Source: Catajapyx aquilonaris (taxonomy: Eukaryota). Taken from it: a DNA stretch of 36,977 bases. Shown here piece after piece: positions 36,601 to 36,977 of this stretch (position 1 is its first letter; each line of letters opens with the position of its first letter). Both the position numbers and the translations under genes were made by a program. The stretch spans positions 1-36,977 of the forward strand of contig KZ538999.1 of assembly GCA_000934665.2 (NCBI GenBank), in the 5' to 3' direction. A model generated the notes under the pieces. That model saw nothing but the letters and a program-made list of their open reading frames with translations. It was not told where the DNA came from and ran no database searches.

Positions 36601-36977
36601 AGATATTTTGTTCAGTGTAGGAAGTGGACGCAAAAATATTTGCACTTTCGGTCCGGTAGTTGCATATTACAATCGGCCAAAAAAAATTTGCACAAATGAG
36701 CAGCATCCATTAATCATAATGTCAGTGCATTGTTGCTTGTTGCAATAAGGCGGCATTTTTTTTTTTCATTTTCAAGAAGCGGATGCGGGCAAGGATTGTG
36801 TGACACATGAGAAATGAATTCAAAGTTGGAATTGCATGAAACAGGAGTATATATGAACTATCCATCTTAATATTATATACCCCGCTTTGCTGGAAGGCAT
36901 GCTGGAAGTGCAAAGTGGTTCGGATGCGGCAGCCATTGGCCCGTGCTTGATTTGCACTGCCAACCAACCGAGACACG

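Noticed and set aside
1..36977. tRNA, rRNA or other structured housekeeping RNA genes
   Set aside because: None recognised by eye. A tRNAscan-SE/Infernal run would be needed to exclude intronic snoRNAs.

Overview
Eukaryotic genomic DNA, probably from an arthropod-like invertebrate (inferred from compact ~57-110 nt introns and the protein sequences). The window has two zones. Zone 1 (1-24100) is gene-dense. It holds two tandem minus-strand ABCA-subfamily (ABCA3-like) transporter genes: a complete 24-exon gene of ~1721 aa at 8025-16154, and a paralog starting at 6470 that runs off the left edge. It also holds a 5-exon minus-strand Shisa-family single-pass membrane protein gene (19536-22460) and a divergent 4-exon plus-strand cytochrome bc1 hinge subunit gene, UQCRH (23634-24099). 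Zone 2 (24350-36977) is repeat-derived: a Harbinger-type MITE nested in an inverted copy of itself, a foldback element, a probable pogo/Tigger remnant, a 75-N gap, and two heavily decayed minus-strand Ty3/gypsy-like relics rich in homopolymer runs. Exon boundaries were traced by hand from splice motifs and reading-frame continuity. I do not see a convincing new multi-gene system. The most notable observations are a GC-AG intron and an intron presence/absence difference between the ABCA paralogs, an atypical acid-poor UQCRH with a 12-nt microexon, the self-nested MITE, a pre-miRNA-sized intronic hairpin, and the homopolymer-biased decay of the retroelements.
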